Counted from the stretch's first letter, positions 38,431-52,950 are shown. The stretch is DNA of 53,300 bases from Pseudomonadales bacterium (GCA_035456205.1 DATIDQ010000102.1:1-53300), one strand, 5' to 3'. Notes: generated by a model not told the origin, from the letters alone. Program-made: numbers and translations.

Positions 38431-39252
38431 TTATTGGTTAGCTGCAATATCAATAGCAGCGCTGGTTTTATCATTTTCATTGGTTTCACTGTGGCGGCGC
38501 AACATCTCACCCGCAAGAGCAAGATAAGCCAGCGCGCCCTTCGATTGGCGATCATAGTGCATTACCGGTAAGCCATAACTTGGTGCTTCTGCCAGTTTGA
38601 TATTACGTGGAATAACGCTGCGATATAATTTATCGCCAAAATGCTCAGCTAATTGGTTGGATACTTCTGTCGTCAGGCTCATGCGCGGATCATACATTGT
38701 GCGCAAAATACCTTCTATTTCCAACTGCGGATTGATTGCATTTCTAATCTGCTCAATAGAGGACAGTAAATCAGACAGGCCCTCTAGTGCGTAATACTCG
38801 CACTGCATAGCGATCAGCACACCATCGGCAGCGGTTAGTGCATTGACCGCAAGAATATTCAACGCTGGAGGGCAATCGATCAGGATATAGTCGTACTGGC
38901 TGCGAATTTTTTTCAGTTGATGTTTCAAACGTTGTTCTTTCATCATCAGGCTGAGCATTTCTACTTTGGCTGCCGTCAGGTCGCTGTTTGATGGAAGTAT
39001 GTCGCAGCCGGATGTTTCGCTTTTCTGGATAGCTTTTTGTATATCAAATGCGTCATCAGTCAAAACTTCATAGACGCTGTGTTCCAGTTCGTGTTTGTCG
39101 ATACCGAGCCCCATGGTGGCATTGCCCTGTGGGTCGAGATCAACCAGCAGGACGCGGCGTTTAGTTGCTGCCAGTGATGCAGCAAGGTTGACTGAGGTGG
39201 TCGTTTTGCCGACACCGCCTTTTTGATTGGCAATGGCAAGAATTCTGGTCAC
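38431..39252 (-). CDS. parA: Chromosome partitioning ATPase ParA/Soj
   Basis: It starts at a GTG. It has the deviant Walker A motif (NQKGGVGKTTT) and DCPP. Confidence 0.92.
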   Translation of the reverse strand: MTRILAIANQKGGVGKTTTSVNLAASLAATKRRVLLVDLDPQGNATMGLGIDKHELEHSVYEVLTDDAFDIQKAIQKSETSGCDILPSNSDLTAAKVEMLSLMMKEQRLKHQLKKIRSQYDYILIDCPPALNILAVNALTAADGVLIAMQCEYYALEGLSDLLSSIEQIRNAINPQLEIEGILRTMYDPRMSLTTEVSNQLAEHFGDKLYRSVIPRNIKLAEAPSYGLPVMHYDRQSKGALAYLALAGEMLRRHSETNENDKTSAAIDIAANQ

Positions 39253-39265
39253 AAGAACTATTCCG

Positions 39266-39907
39266 TCAGAGGGTGTTCGCGGTTGTGTCGCCGTCGCGCC
39301 GGATTGCGATCAGATGGCGTTCTGCTATACAACCCGGCACGTGCAGGGGTAGGCAGGAGGTCACCTTATAGGGTTTTGGTACGTCGCTCAACTCACGTGT
39401 TTCGATCACGGCTTTCATTGCCCAGAACGTGCCGTTGGGGGCTAACAGGTGCTGGCTGGAGCTGACAAAATCACCCAATGAGGCATAAGCGCGTGACAGG
39501 ATTCCGTCATACAGCACGTCGGTCCGGAAGTCTTCAACCCGTGTTTGCACTGCGTTGAAGTTGTCCAGCTTCAATTCGTTTTTGACCTGTTGCATGAAGC
39601 GCGTTTTCTTGCCGTTGCTGTCCAGCGCGGTGATCTGGCGATCCGGCCACAAAATTACCAGTGGGATGGAGGGGATGCCTGCGCCCGCGCCGACGTCCAG
39701 CAGGCGTTTTGCCTCGATATGCGGTGCAATGGATAAGCTGTCGAGAATATGGCGGCTGACCATCTCGCGTGGGTCACGTACGGCGGTGAGGTTGTAAGCC
39801 TTGTTCCACTTGGCAAGCAGGGCAACATAAGCTAGCCAGAACTCGCGCTGTTGTTCACTGGCTTCAATGCCCAGCTCAGTCAGTCCCTTAACCAGCAATT
39901 GTTGCAT
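39266..39907 (-). CDS. rsmG: 16S rRNA (guanine527-N7)-methyltransferase RsmG (GidB)
   Basis: It contains [12 protein letters not shown] and the SAM motif DVGAGAGIP. It overlaps the mnmG 3' end by 20 nt. Confidence 0.9.
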   Translation of the reverse strand: MQQLLVKGLTELGIEASEQQREFWLAYVALLAKWNKAYNLTAVRDPREMVSRHILDSLSIAPHIEAKRLLDVGAGAGIPSIPLVILWPDRQITALDSNGKKTRFMQQVKNELKLDNFNAVQTRVEDFRTDVLYDGILSRAYASLGDFVSSSQHLLAPNGTFWAMKAVIETRELSDVPKPYKVTSCLPLHVPGCIAERHLIAIRRDGDTTANTL

Positions 39908-41795
39908 TCTTTCCTGGCAGGGCGGAGATTGCCCCTCTTTTCTTCAGATTGATGAGCAGCAATGAGATAGCAGCCGGCGTTACGCCTGGCACACGCGAAG
40001 CCTGGCCAATGGTGGATGGTTGGGCTTGCGTCAGTTTGTGGGTAACTTCGTGCGATAAACCTTTGACCGTGACGTAATCAAAACCCACAGGAATACTTAC
40101 GGTCTCCGAGCGATGCAGGCGCTCGATTTCTTCTTGTTGCCGATCGATGTAGCCGGCGTATTTCACAGCAATTTCGACCTGTTCAGTGGCTTGTGGATCG
40201 ACTGCTGCTTCGCCTTTCAGATGGGCGATATCGGCGTAACCAAACTCTGGTCGCTTGAGCAAATCGAGCAGGCTCGCTTCGTGCAATAACGGGCTGCTGA
40301 GACGATCAGCCAAGCTATTGGCTTCGGGTGTATTTGGGTGGATGTAGGTTGTGCGTAAGCGCTCGCTCTCGATAACGATGCCGTCAACTTTGGCATTGAA
40401 GCGCGCCCAGCGCAGATCGTCGATCAGACCCAGTTCGCGGCCTTTGGCGGTCAAACGCAAATCGGCATTATCCTCGCGCAGCAACAGGCGGTACTCGGCG
40501 CGGCTGGTGAACATGCGATACGGCTCGCGCGTACCAAGCGTGATCAGGTCATCCACCATCACGCCGATGTAGGCTTCGTCGCGTTTTGGATACCAGCCGA
40601 GCTTGCCCTGCGCTTTCAGCGCACCGTTGATGCCGGCCAATAATCCCTGCGCGGCCGCTTCTTCGTAGCCAGTGGTGCCGTTGATCTGGCCGGCGAAAAA
40701 CAGGCCGTGGATGTGCTTAGTCTCCAGCGTATGTTGTAGGTCGCGCGGATCAAAATAATCGTATTCGATGGCGTAGCCGGGGCGGGTGATGTGCGCGTTC
40801 TCGAAACCGGCAATCGAGCGGATCAGTGCCAGTTGCACGTCGAAAGGCAGCGAAGTAGACACGCCGTTCGGGTACAGCTCGTGCGTGGTTAAACCTTCCG
40901 GTTCGACAAACACCTGATGCGAAAGTTTGTCGGCAAAGCGGTGGATCTTGTCTTCAATCGACGGGCAGTAGCGTGGTCCGATACCTTCAATCACGCCGCT
41001 GTACATGGGCGAACGGTCGAGATTCTGGCGAATAATCTCGTGAGTTTTTTCGTTGGTGTGGGTGATGTAGCAGTTCACCTGTTGCGGGTGTTCACTTACT
41101 GAGCCCATAAACGACATTATCGGCAACGGTGTGTCGCCGGGCTGTGCTTGCATCACCGAAAAGTCTACCGAGCGCGCATCGATGCGAGGTGGTGTGCCGG
41201 TTTTCAGGCGATCAACCCGCAGCGGCAATTCCCGCAGCCGGGCAGCCAAAGCGATAGAAGGGGGATCACCGGCGCGGCCACCGGCGTGGTTATCCAGACC
41301 GATATGAATTTTGCCGCCTAGAAACGTGCCAGTAGTGAGCACAATGCTCGACGCAAAAAAACGGATGCCGGTTTGCGTGACCACGCCGCGCGCGGTATCG
41401 CCTTCCATAATCAGGTCATCAGCGGCCTGCTGGAAGATAAACAGGTTGGGTTGGGTTTCGAGTATCGAGCGAATAGCGGCTTTATATAGCACGCGATCCG
41501 CTTGCGCCCGGGTGGCGCGGACGGCCGGCCCCTTGCGGGAATTGAGAATGCGAAACTGGATCCCGGCCTGATCGGTAGCGCGCGCCATCGCGCCGCCCAG
41601 CGCATCGACTTCCTTGACCAGGTGGCTCTTGCCGATACCGCCGATGGCTGGGTTGCAAGACATCTGACCTAACGTTTCGACATTGTGCGTAAGCAACAGT
41701 GTTTTGCAGCCCATGCGCGCAGCAGCCAGGCATGCTTCGGTGCCGGCGTGGCCGCCGCCGATGACGATGACATCAAAATGTTCGGGGTAATCCAT
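39888..41795 (-). CDS. mnmG: tRNA uridine-5-carboxymethylaminomethyl synthesis enzyme MnmG (GidA)
   Basis: It contains [15 protein letters not shown] (FAD) and [11 protein letters not shown], and is about 635 aa. The start is taken at the ATG at 41795. Confidence 0.95.
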   Translation of the reverse strand: MDYPEHFDVIVIGGGHAGTEACLAAARMGCKTLLLTHNVETLGQMSCNPAIGGIGKSHLVKEVDALGGAMARATDQAGIQFRILNSRKGPAVRATRAQADRVLYKAAIRSILETQPNLFIFQQAADDLIMEGDTARGVVTQTGIRFFASSIVLTTGTFLGGKIHIGLDNHAGGRAGDPPSIALAARLRELPLRVDRLKTGTPPRIDARSVDFSVMQAQPGDTPLPIMSFMGSVSEHPQQVNCYITHTNEKTHEIIRQNLDRSPMYSGVIEGIGPRYCPSIEDKIHRFADKLSHQVFVEPEGLTTHELYPNGVSTSLPFDVQLALIRSIAGFENAHITRPGYAIEYDYFDPRDLQHTLETKHIHGLFFAGQINGTTGYEEAAAQGLLAGINGALKAQGKLGWYPKRDEAYIGVMVDDLITLGTREPYRMFTSRAEYRLLLREDNADLRLTAKGRELGLIDDLRWARFNAKVDGIVIESERLRTTYIHPNTPEANSLADRLSSPLLHEASLLDLLKRPEFGYADIAHLKGEAAVDPQATEQVEIAVKYAGYIDRQQEEIERLHRSETVSIPVGFDYVTVKGLSHEVTHKLTQAQPSTIGQASRVPGVTPAAISLLLINLKKRGAISALPGKNATIAG

Positions 41796-41881
41796 GGGCT
41801 TGGTAGTCTGCAAAAGGCAAGCGAGTATAGCGAGTGGCCATTTTTCGATCAATCAAACGTGCATTTATAGCGGATTAGCGG

Positions 41882-42358
41882 TTGCCCCTGAAAGATGAGC
41901 CTCTTATAATGTTCGCCGTTTTGAACGGTCCTCAACCACGAAGTATGTGGCAGAGAGTTTTAGTGGAGTTGGTGGTGAGCGAGTTGCAGCGCGCAAGCAT
42001 TCCCCGCCCTCCGGTTTATCGTATTACGCTTGCCCAACTGGCAGTACTTGTGCCATCAATTACGGCGTTGTGGTTTGTTTGGCCTGGATTGATAAAGGCC
42101 GTGCTGGCCGGCGCAATGATTGAGATGCTGGCGAGGGCGTGGTTCGGATTTTGTGCCTTTCGTTATATGGGCGCGCGTCAAATGGATTTGGCAATCAAGG
42201 CATTTCGATACGGCGAGATCGGCAAGTTTTTGCTGATTTTACTGGGGTCGGCTTTGGTGTTTCAGAGGGCTGATATTTTTTACCCTTGGGCTGTGATTCT
42301 AGGGTTTGCAGTTGCCTGGTTTGTTGGTGTTGTGGCTACGGCCAAGTTAGTAAAATAG
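41882..42358 (+). CDS. atpI: ATP synthase protein I (AtpI)
   Basis: It is a small hydrophobic protein directly upstream of atpB. The start is uncertain. The track gives a TTG at 41882. A TATAAT at 41904-41909 suggests the real start is further downstream, for example the ATG at 41945 or the GTG at 41975. Confidence 0.6.
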   Translation: MPLKDEPLIMFAVLNGPQPRSMWQRVLVELVVSELQRASIPRPPVYRITLAQLAVLVPSITALWFVWPGLIKAVLAGAMIEMLARAWFGFCAFRYMGARQMDLAIKAFRYGEIGKFLLILLGSALVFQRADIFYPWAVILGFAVAWFVGVVATAKLVK

Positions 42359-42366
42359 TGTTCTGA

Positions 42367-43674
<1,308 letters not shown>

Positions 43675-43728
43675 TTGTGCAAATAAAATCTTTTTGGCTT
43701 ATTTAATACAAACAGTAGGGGTACCGGC

Positions 43729-44199
43729 GTGAATATCAATGCGACTATTATTGGTCAGTCACTGTCCTTTCTGTTTTTTGTGGCTTTTTGCTGGAAGCTT
43801 GTCTGGCCGGCCATCATTAATATTATGCTCGAACGTGAAAACCGCATTGCTGCAGGTCTGGATAATGCCGATAAGGCGGGCCGCGATCTGGAGTTGGCAA
43901 AAGAAGAGTCGGCTAGAAAATTGCGTACCGCAAAAGAAGAAGCGGCTGCGATTATCGACCAGGCCAATAAGCGTGCCGGGCAAATTATTGAAGAAGCAAA
44001 AGAACAGGCGCATGTAGAAGGCGATCGTCTGAAACATGCTGCGCAGGCTGAAATTGAAAAGGAAAAAAGCCGTGCGCGTGAAGAGTTACGCAAGCAGTTG
44101 TCCAGCTTGGTGCTTGTTGGTGCGGAGCGTGTGTTGCAGTCGTCAATAGACGCCAATCAACATGGAGACATGTTGGCCAAATTGGCGGCGGAGCTGTAA
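43729..44199 (+). CDS. atpF: F0F1 ATP synthase subunit b
   Basis: It starts at a GTG. It has an N-terminal TM helix and a long charged helix, and its position in the operon fits. Confidence 0.9.
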   Translation: MNINATIIGQSLSFLFFVAFCWKLVWPAIINIMLERENRIAAGLDNADKAGRDLELAKEESARKLRTAKEEAAAIIDQANKRAGQIIEEAKEQAHVEGDRLKHAAQAEIEKEKSRAREELRKQLSSLVLVGAERVLQSSIDANQHGDMLAKLAAEL

Positions 44200-44202
44200 T
44201 CC

Positions 44203-44739
44203 ATGGCTGAGCTCGTAACGTTGGCGCGACCATATGCAAAAGCTGCTTTTGAAGTGGCTGTTGCAACAGGCAAGTTAGCAGATTGGCAAGCGATGCTGAA
44301 CATAGCTGGTGCTGTAGCAGCAAATGATAAGGTGCAGGCGGCATTGTCGTCGCCGGCACTTACCAGTGAGCAGCAAGCAAAATTGATGCTTGATGTCTGT
44401 GGTGATGCACTGGATACAGGTGCGGCAAATTTGGTGCGCGCGTTGGCAAATTATCGGCGTTTGTCCCTGTTGCCGGATATTGCAGCGCAATTTGCTGAAC
44501 TAAAAGCCAAGCAGGAAAAGGTAGTCGCGGTCGAAATTCGTTCCGCTTTCCCGCTGGATGCTGCTGTTGCTGATCGCTTAGCGCAAGCCTTGGGAAAAAA
44601 ATGGCAGTGCCAGGTGGAATTGCAAACACAGGTAGATTCTGCGTTGTTGGGCGGTGTAGTAATTCAGGCTGGTGATACTGTGATTGATGCTTCGGTGCGC
44701 GGTCGTATGTTAAAGCTGGCTGAAGCGCTCAGTGCCTGA
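44203..44739 (+). CDS. atpH: F0F1 ATP synthase subunit delta
   Basis: It contains LARPYAKAAFE and a C-terminal GGVVIQAGDTVIDASVRGRL-like motif. Confidence 0.9.
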   Translation: MAELVTLARPYAKAAFEVAVATGKLADWQAMLNIAGAVAANDKVQAALSSPALTSEQQAKLMLDVCGDALDTGAANLVRALANYRRLSLLPDIAAQFAELKAKQEKVVAVEIRSAFPLDAAVADRLAQALGKKWQCQVELQTQVDSALLGGVVIQAGDTVIDASVRGRMLKLAEALSA

Positions 44740-44865
44740 TTTTTTGCAGTAAATGTTTTTGAAGTATTTTTTTGCAGTAAGGTTTCAAAGTAAGAAAAAT
44801 TTTTAACCGTTATTTTTGCCAGAAGTGCTGCGGTTAGGCAGGCTTCTAAACGAGGATTGGCGCAC

Positions 44866-46410
44866 ATGCAACAACTGAATCCCTCCGAGATCAGCGAAAT
44901 TATCAAGGGTCGTATCGAGAAACTCGATGTCTCTACACAAGCCAAAAATGAAGGCGTAATCGTTTCCGTATCTGACGGTATCGTACGTATTCATGGTTTG
45001 GCTGACGTTATGTACGGCGAAATGATCGAATTCGCTGATGGCGTATACGGTATGGCGCTTAATCTGGAGCGTGATTCGGTCGGTGCCGTTATTCTTGGTG
45101 ATTACGAAAGTTTGGCGGAAGGCCAGACCTGTCGTTGCACGGGTCGAATTCTCGAAGTGCCAATCGGTCCCGAATTGGAAGGTCGTGTAGTTGATGCGTT
45201 GGGCAATCCGATCGATGGCAAAGGCCCAATCAATGCCAAGTTGACTGATCCACTGGAGAAAGTTGCTCCAGGTGTTATCGCGCGTAAATCGGTCGATCAG
45301 CCTGTGCAAACTGGTTACAAGGCGGTAGATTCGATGGTGCCGATCGGTCGCGGTCAGCGTGAATTGATTATCGGTGACCGTCAGGTAGGTAAAACTGCTT
45401 TTGCAGTGGATACCATCATCAACCAGAAAGGTACTGGTATTAAGTGTATCTATGTAGCTATCGGCCAGAAGCAATCTACCGTTGCTAACGTGGTGCGTAA
45501 ACTGGAAGAGCACGGCGCCATGGCGCATACCGTGGTGGTGGTCGCTGCAGCTGCTGATCCAGCGTCTATGCAATTTCTTGCGCCGTTTGCGGGCTGCACC
45601 ATGGGTGAGTACTACCGTGATCGCGGTCAGGACGCTCTGATTATCTATGATGATTTGACCAAACAGGCTTGGGCTTACCGTCAAATTTCTCTGTTGCTGC
45701 GTCGCCCTCCGGGTCGTGAAGCGTATCCTGGTGACGTTTTCTATCTCCACTCACGTTTGCTTGAGCGTGCAGCTCGCGTTAACGCTGAATATGTTGAAGC
45801 ATTTACCAACGGTGAAGTAAAAGGTAAAACTGGTTCATTAACTGCATTGCCGATTATCGAAACACAGGCGGGTGACGTATCTGCTTTCGTACCAACCAAC
45901 GTTATTTCTATTACTGACGGCCAGATATTCTTGGAAACCAGTTTGTTCAACGCGGGTATTCGTCCAGCAATGAACGCCGGCATTTCAGTATCGCGTGTAG
46001 GTGGTGCTGCGCAAACTAAAATCATCAAAAAACTCGGTGGTGGTGTGCGTCTGGCGCTAGCTCAGTATCGTGAACTGCAAGCGTTTGCCCAGTTTGCATC
46101 TGACCTCGATGAAGCAACACGCGCACAGCTGCAACACGGTCAGCGCGTTACGGAACTGATGAAGCAGAAACAATACACGCCTATGTCAGTCGCAGAAATG
46201 GGTGTTCTGTTGTATGCCGCTGACAATAAATATCTTAATGATGTGGAATTGAACAAGATTGTCAGCTTTGAAGTGTCATTGTTGTCTTATTTGCATGCGG
46301 AGCATGCAGAGCTGTTGGCAAAAATTAATGAAAGCGGCGACTACAATGCTGATATTGAAGCGGGTATTCGTGCTGCTCTCGATAAATTTAAAGCCACCCA
46401 GACCTGGTAA
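44866..46410 (+). CDS. atpA: F0F1 ATP synthase subunit alpha
   Basis: The ATG at 44866 lies 9 nt after GAGGA ([14 protein letters not shown]). It has a Walker A motif (GDRQVGKT). Confidence 0.95.
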   Translation: MQQLNPSEISEIIKGRIEKLDVSTQAKNEGVIVSVSDGIVRIHGLADVMYGEMIEFADGVYGMALNLERDSVGAVILGDYESLAEGQTCRCTGRILEVPIGPELEGRVVDALGNPIDGKGPINAKLTDPLEKVAPGVIARKSVDQPVQTGYKAVDSMVPIGRGQRELIIGDRQVGKTAFAVDTIINQKGTGIKCIYVAIGQKQSTVANVVRKLEEHGAMAHTVVVVAAAADPASMQFLAPFAGCTMGEYYRDRGQDALIIYDDLTKQAWAYRQISLLLRRPPGREAYPGDVFYLHSRLLERAARVNAEYVEAFTNGEVKGKTGSLTALPIIETQAGDVSAFVPTNVISITDGQIFLETSLFNAGIRPAMNAGISVSRVGGAAQTKIIKKLGGGVRLALAQYRELQAFAQFASDLDEATRAQLQHGQRVTELMKQKQYTPMSVAEMGVLLYAADNKYLNDVELNKIVSFEVSLLSYLHAEHAELLAKINESGDYNADIEAGIRAALDKFKATQTW

Positions 46411-46463
46411 GTTAACTTAAGCATTATTAAGTACACACTTAAACACTTATAAGGTAGAGATAT

Positions 46464-47324
46464 ATGGCAGGGGCCAAAGAGGTACGCACCAAAATCGCCA
46501 GTGTGAAAAGCACGCAAAAAATTACCAGGGCGATGGAAAAGGTAGCGTTCAGCAAAATGCGCAAAGCAAAGGAGCGCATGGAGCACGGCAAACCGTATGC
46601 CACGCGTATGCGTGCAGTGATTGGTCATTTGGCTAATGCGGCTCCAGAGTACAAAAACAGTTATATGTTGGAGCGTCCGGTTAAGCGCGTCGGTTATATA
46701 GTTGTTTCTACTGATCGTGGCTTGTGCGGTGGATTGAATATCAATTTGTTGAAGCTGGCTGTAAGGTCCATGAAGGAATGGCGTGATCAGGATATACAAA
46801 TTGATATTTGCACTATCGGTGGAAAAGCGCAGTCATTTTTTAAAAGCTTCGGCGGTAATGTTGTTGCTTCGGTGCGCAATATCGGCGACGCGCCTTCAGC
46901 TGTGGATCTGCTCGGTGGCGTGAAAGTCATGTTGGATAGTTATCGTGAAGGCAAAATTGATCGCCTGTTTGTGATTAGCAATGAATTTGTTAACACAATG
47001 ACGCAAACCCCTGTCTTGCACCAGCTGTTGCCTTTGCTTGCTGAAAAGAATGAAAAACTTTCTCATAGCTGGGATTACATTTATGAGCCAGATGCACGCA
47101 GCTTATTGGATGGTCTGCTAGTGCGTTACATTGAATCGCAAGTTTTTCAATCTGTAGTAGAAAACATAGCATGTGAAAATTCAGCTCGTATGGTGGCGAT
47201 GAAAAATGCCACAGAAAATGCGGGTCAGATGATCAGTGATTTGCAGTTGTTGTACAACAAAGCGCGGCAGGCGGCCATTACGCAAGAGTTGTCAGAAATT
47301 GTCAGCGGTGCGGCGGCAGTTTAA
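46464..47324 (+). CDS. atpG: F0F1 ATP synthase subunit gamma
   Basis: It contains [28 protein letters not shown] and a C-terminal [14 protein letters not shown]. Confidence 0.95.
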   Translation: MAGAKEVRTKIASVKSTQKITRAMEKVAFSKMRKAKERMEHGKPYATRMRAVIGHLANAAPEYKNSYMLERPVKRVGYIVVSTDRGLCGGLNINLLKLAVRSMKEWRDQDIQIDICTIGGKAQSFFKSFGGNVVASVRNIGDAPSAVDLLGGVKVMLDSYREGKIDRLFVISNEFVNTMTQTPVLHQLLPLLAEKNEKLSHSWDYIYEPDARSLLDGLLVRYIESQVFQSVVENIACENSARMVAMKNATENAGQMISDLQLLYNKARQAAITQELSEIVSGAAAV

Positions 47325-47381
47325 GTAAAAAGTTCAGGAGTCAGATTTATAGGTCTGTTTCCTTCATGAAGTTCCAAGTAA

Positions 47382-48788
<1,407 letters not shown>

Positions 48789-48803
48789 GCGTCGGGATAA
48801 TTT

Positions 48804-49232
48804 ATGGCCATGCCAGTACATTGCGATATCGTTAGCGCGGAACAAGCTATTTTTTCAGGCTTGGTTGAGCAAGTGGTTGCCAACGGTTCATTGGGAGATC
48901 TCGGAGTACAGTTTGGCCATGCGCCATTGCTTACCGAACTCAAACCAGGCCCGGTGCGTTTGCGTAAGCAAGACGGTGAAGAAGAAGTATTTTATGTGTC
49001 TGGCGGATATCTGGAAGTGCAGCCCTATAGCATCACCATTCTGGCTGATGTTGCAGTACGCGCCGATGATCTCAATGAGGCAGCCGCAGAAACTGCTCGC
49101 CAAAATGCAGCACAATATTTTACCAATCAAAGCAGCGAGCTTGATTATGCCCGTGCCACTACACAGCTTGCTGAAGCAGTTGCGCAACTTCGCACTATTC
49201 AGCAATTACGTAAAAAGCTTGGTAAGGGCTGA
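48804..49232 (+). CDS. atpC: F0F1 ATP synthase subunit epsilon
   Basis: It contains [15 protein letters not shown], and its position and size fit. Confidence 0.9.
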   Translation: MAMPVHCDIVSAEQAIFSGLVEQVVANGSLGDLGVQFGHAPLLTELKPGPVRLRKQDGEEEVFYVSGGYLEVQPYSITILADVAVRADDLNEAAAETARQNAAQYFTNQSSELDYARATTQLAEAVAQLRTIQQLRKKLGKG

Positions 49233-49245
49233 CATGAAGGTGACT

Positions 49246-49273
49246 AAAAAGGCGGCTTCGGCCGCCTTTTTTT
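49246..49273 (+). terminator. Rho-independent terminator after the atp operon
   Basis: AAAAA GGCGGC-TTCG-GCCGCC is followed by T7. Confidence 0.8.
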
Positions 49274-49324
49274 ATGGTTTAATGATTTCCGGTTAGAAAA
49301 AATAGCGCAAGTGCAGGATTAATT

Positions 49325-50692
49325 ATGCCGCTGGATATTGTGATACTGGCTGCCGGCCAGGGAACCAGGATGAATTCATCACTCCCCAAGGTGTTACATA
49401 CCATTGCGGGCAAATCGATGTTGCAGCATGTTATAGATGCTGGTCGGGTGTTTGATGATGCCCGCTTGCATGTAGTAATAGGTCATGGAGCAGAGCATAT
49501 ACGCAACGCTTTCAAGAGCGAAGATATTCATTGGGTAGTGCAAGAGCAGCAGTTGGGCACTGGCCATGCTGTACAACAAGCGCTGCCATTTTTACGCCCC
49601 AAGGCAACCGTGCTCATACTCTATGGCGATGTGCCATTAGTTAATCCGGCCACACTCAAGCAGTTGGTGCTGTCTGTCGATACAAACAGTATGGCGTTAT
49701 TGACTGTCGACCTTGAAAATCCAGCGGGCTACGGGCGTATATTGAGAGATGACAATGGACGTATCATCCGTATCGTCGAACAAAAAGATGCAACAGAGGA
49801 GCAGTTGCGGATTCATGAAGTCAATACCGGAATTATGGCGGCTCCCGTTGCAAATTTTTCCCGTTGGTTGCCAGTACTTGATAATAATAATGCGCAAAAA
49901 GAATTTTATTTAACAGATATTATCGCTATGGCTGACAAAGATAATGTTTGTATTAATACGCAGTCAGCGTTGAGTGAAGCGGAAGTTCTTGGTGTCAATG
50001 ATCGCCATCAACAAGCAAGACTTGAACGAATTTATCAAGACAAGCAGGCTCGCGCTTTAATGGCGCAAGGTGTGACGCTGATGGATCCACAACGTTTTGA
50101 TTGTCGCGGACAAATACATGCAGGGCGCGACGTGATCATTGATGTGAATGTCGTATTCAGTGGGATAGTAGAGCTGGGTGACAATGTTGTTATTGAGCCC
50201 AATTGCATCATCACCAATACAAAAATTGGCAAGAATTCACGTATTAAAGCCAACACGGTGTTGGAAAACGTGGTGATAGGTGATGCGGTTGATGTTGGTC
50301 CATTTGCTCGTTTGCGTCCTGGCACGATCCTGAATAATGGCGCACGTATCGGTAACTTTGTCGAAGTGAAAAATGCTGTGCTGGGCGCAGGTAGCAAGGC
50401 AAATCATCTGGCGTATATCGGCGATGCTGATATAGGTGATGACTGCAATATTGGCGCAGGCACCATCACCTGCAATTACGATGGTGCGAACAAACACAAA
50501 ACCACCATGGGTGATAATGTGTTTATTGGCTCTAACAGCACGCTGGTGGCGCCATTGATTATAGAAGCTGGTGGATTTGTTGGCGCTGGCTCCACTGTGA
50601 CTAAAACTGTTCCGGCAGATAGTCTTGCAGTAGCTCGCGGCCAGCAGCGTAACATTCCTGGTTGGCGTCGCCCTGAAAAAGATAAAAGCTAG
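49325..50692 (+). CDS. glmU: Bifunctional UDP-N-acetylglucosamine pyrophosphorylase / GlcN-1-P acetyltransferase
   Basis: It has the LAAGQGTRM nucleotidyltransferase motif and a C-terminal left-handed beta-helix of hexapeptide repeats. Confidence 0.95.
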   Translation: MPLDIVILAAGQGTRMNSSLPKVLHTIAGKSMLQHVIDAGRVFDDARLHVVIGHGAEHIRNAFKSEDIHWVVQEQQLGTGHAVQQALPFLRPKATVLILYGDVPLVNPATLKQLVLSVDTNSMALLTVDLENPAGYGRILRDDNGRIIRIVEQKDATEEQLRIHEVNTGIMAAPVANFSRWLPVLDNNNAQKEFYLTDIIAMADKDNVCINTQSALSEAEVLGVNDRHQQARLERIYQDKQARALMAQGVTLMDPQRFDCRGQIHAGRDVIIDVNVVFSGIVELGDNVVIEPNCIITNTKIGKNSRIKANTVLENVVIGDAVDVGPFARLRPGTILNNGARIGNFVEVKNAVLGAGSKANHLAYIGDADIGDDCNIGAGTITCNYDGANKHKTTMGDNVFIGSNSTLVAPLIIEAGGFVGAGSTVTKTVPADSLAVARGQQRNIPGWRRPEKDKS

Positions 50693-50726
50693 GCAGCTTT
50701 TCTGAACTGATAAAGAGAATATTGAT

Positions 50727-52559
50727 ATGTGCGGGATTGTAGGCGCCATTGCAGAAAGAAATATCACCGAAATTCTGGTTGAGGGCTTGAAACGGCTTGA
50801 ATACCGGGGTTATGACTCGGCTGGTGTTGCTGTGCTGGAAAAAAATGGATTGATCCGTGATTGTAAGCGGGTTGGGAAAGTGGTCAATGTTCAGCAGGGT
50901 TTGAAAGAGGATCCGATAAGTGGTGTATTAGGTATTGCGCATACGCGCTGGGCAACACACGGAAAACCTAGCGAGGTCAACGCACATCCGCATTTTTCTG
51001 GCGATCATCGAATTGCCGTTGTCCATAACGGAATCATTGAAAACCATCAGCAGCTTCGTGCGGATCTTCAGCAAAAAGGTTATCAATTTGAGAGTCAAAC
51101 CGATACCGAAACGGTTGTTCATCTGATTGATGATTGTTGGAAGGAGGGCGGAGATCTGTTTGCAGCTGTGCGTCGCGCTATTGCGCAACTGGAAGGTGCC
51201 TATGCATTGGCTGTGATTGCGGCAGATGAACCTGAAAAGATCGTCGTAGCACGCGAAGGTAGCCCTCTGGTTGTTGGCGTAGGCTATGGTGAAAATTTTG
51301 TTGCGTCAGACCCTTTGGCATTACGAATGATCACAGATCAGTTTATGTATCTTGCCGAAGGCGATGTGGCGGTTGTGACATTAAATAAAATCACGGTTTT
51401 TGATCGTGATGGATTGCAGCAAGAACGTGATATCGAGCAAGTGGATGAATTGCATGATAGCGCGGATAAAGGCGAATACCGCCATTTTATGCTGAAAGAA
51501 ATATATGAACAGCCACAAGTGTTCGAACAGACTTTGCAAGGCAGGATAGGCAGGGATTATCTGGTTGAAGAATGTTTTGGGGCAGCAGCACGTGAAAAAC
51601 TGGATGTTGCCAAAGCGGTGCAAATTGTAGCCTGCGGCACCAGTTATCACGCAGGAATGATAGCGCGTTACTGGATCGAAGAATTTGCCGGCCTGCCTTG
51701 CCAGGTTGAGGTTGCCAGTGAGTTCCGCTATCGCGAGCGTAAAGCGTTGCCCGGTACATTATTTGTCACTATTTCGCAGTCTGGTGAAACCGCTGATACA
51801 TTGGCGGCATTGCGCAGTCTGGATCGCAGTATGCATGTAGGCAGTCTCTGTATTTGCAATGCGGCAAACAGTTCACTGGTTCGGGAGTCGGATTTTTCAT
51901 TGATGACCTTGGCGGGTCCGGAAATTGGCGTGGCATCTACCAAGGCGTTTACCAGTCAGTTAGTTGCACTGCAATTGCTGGTGTTGGCGTTGGCGCGACG
52001 TAATCAACCGGATGCCGAACTTGAAAAATCATGGGTAGAGTCACTGCATCAATTGCCAAAGCTGTGTAATGAAGTGTTGAAACTGGATGGGGCTATCAGA
52101 AAAATTGCGAAATTATTTGACGAAAAAAATAGCGCCCTGTTTCTTGGTCGTGGCAAGGAATTTCCTGTTGCTTTGGAAGGTGCGCTAAAGTTGAAAGAGA
52201 TTTCTTATATTCATGCGGAGGCCTATCCAGCTGGCGAGTTGAAACACGGGCCGCTTGCGCTCGTAGATAAACATATGTTGGTGGTCGCGTTGGCGCCAGA
52301 TAATACACTGATTGATAAAGTTAAATCCAATCTGGAAGAAGTGCGCGCGCGCGGTGGGCAATTGATTGTTGTTTGTGAAGAGCAACAGGATATGGCAGAA
52401 GACGGTGTGAGTTATATAAAGCTGCCGAGGATGCCAGTCAGTCTTGCGCCCATTCTGTATACCATTCCTCTACAGTTATTGTCCTACCATGTGGCAGTCA
52501 TGAGGGGCACAGACGTTGATCAGCCGCGCAATCTGGCAAAAAGTGTGACGGTAGAATGA
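50727..52559 (+). CDS. glmS: Glutamine--fructose-6-phosphate aminotransferase
   Basis: It has the MCGIVGAI N-terminal nucleophile, two SIS domains and a C-terminal KSVTVE. Confidence 0.95.
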   Translation: MCGIVGAIAERNITEILVEGLKRLEYRGYDSAGVAVLEKNGLIRDCKRVGKVVNVQQGLKEDPISGVLGIAHTRWATHGKPSEVNAHPHFSGDHRIAVVHNGIIENHQQLRADLQQKGYQFESQTDTETVVHLIDDCWKEGGDLFAAVRRAIAQLEGAYALAVIAADEPEKIVVAREGSPLVVGVGYGENFVASDPLALRMITDQFMYLAEGDVAVVTLNKITVFDRDGLQQERDIEQVDELHDSADKGEYRHFMLKEIYEQPQVFEQTLQGRIGRDYLVEECFGAAAREKLDVAKAVQIVACGTSYHAGMIARYWIEEFAGLPCQVEVASEFRYRERKALPGTLFVTISQSGETADTLAALRSLDRSMHVGSLCICNAANSSLVRESDFSLMTLAGPEIGVASTKAFTSQLVALQLLVLALARRNQPDAELEKSWVESLHQLPKLCNEVLKLDGAIRKIAKLFDEKNSALFLGRGKEFPVALEGALKLKEISYIHAEAYPAGELKHGPLALVDKHMLVVALAPDNTLIDKVKSNLEEVRARGGQLIVVCEEQQDMAEDGVSYIKLPRMPVSLAPILYTIPLQLLSYHVAVMRGTDVDQPRNLAKSVTVE

Positions 52560-52587
52560 GATAGCTGGAAGTGTACTGGCGCTTAAG

Positions 52588-52950
52588 TTAGCGCCGGTCT
52601 CCTGCGGTGTAATTAATTTTTATTGCGCGATCTTGTATCAGTCTCCGGATTTCTTCCCGGTCGGCTGCTACAAGCGATGGATGTGAGGCTGCTTCAGGAT
52701 TATTAATAAAAAAATTTTCCAGCGCACTCAGTTCACGATATACCTCTTCGGGAAATCCTTGTCTGGCTTCTCTGCCTTGTTCCACCAGCATCAAGCTGTC
52801 CATGTAATTGAAGAAGGCCGGGAATCCCCACAATTTTTTTATTTTTTCGTAAATGTGCGGCATATTTTTTAGCGCCGAGGAATCCTCAAGCAGTTTCAGA
52901 CCGGATTCCCGGGTTTCCTCTGGCTGTAATTCAGGGATAGTGTCGGTCAT
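52588..52950 (-). CDS. Hypothetical 120-aa protein
   Basis: The start is taken at the ATG at 52950; the track gives a TTG at 52986. I recognise no family. It converges on glmS and shares a GGCGCT-TAAGTT-AGCGCC hairpin (52578-52595) with it. Confidence 0.45.
   Translation of the reverse strand: MTDTIPELQPEETRESGLKLLEDSSALKNMPHIYEKIKKLWGFPAFFNYMDSLMLVEQGREARQGFPEEVYRELSALENFFINNPEAASHPSLVAADREEIRRLIQDRAIKINYTAGDRR

Noticed and set aside
44803-45750. A 315-aa ORF on the minus strand.
   Set aside because: It is fully antisense to atpA, whose identity is unambiguous. It has no SD and a low-complexity, Arg/Thr-rich translation typical of shadow frames.
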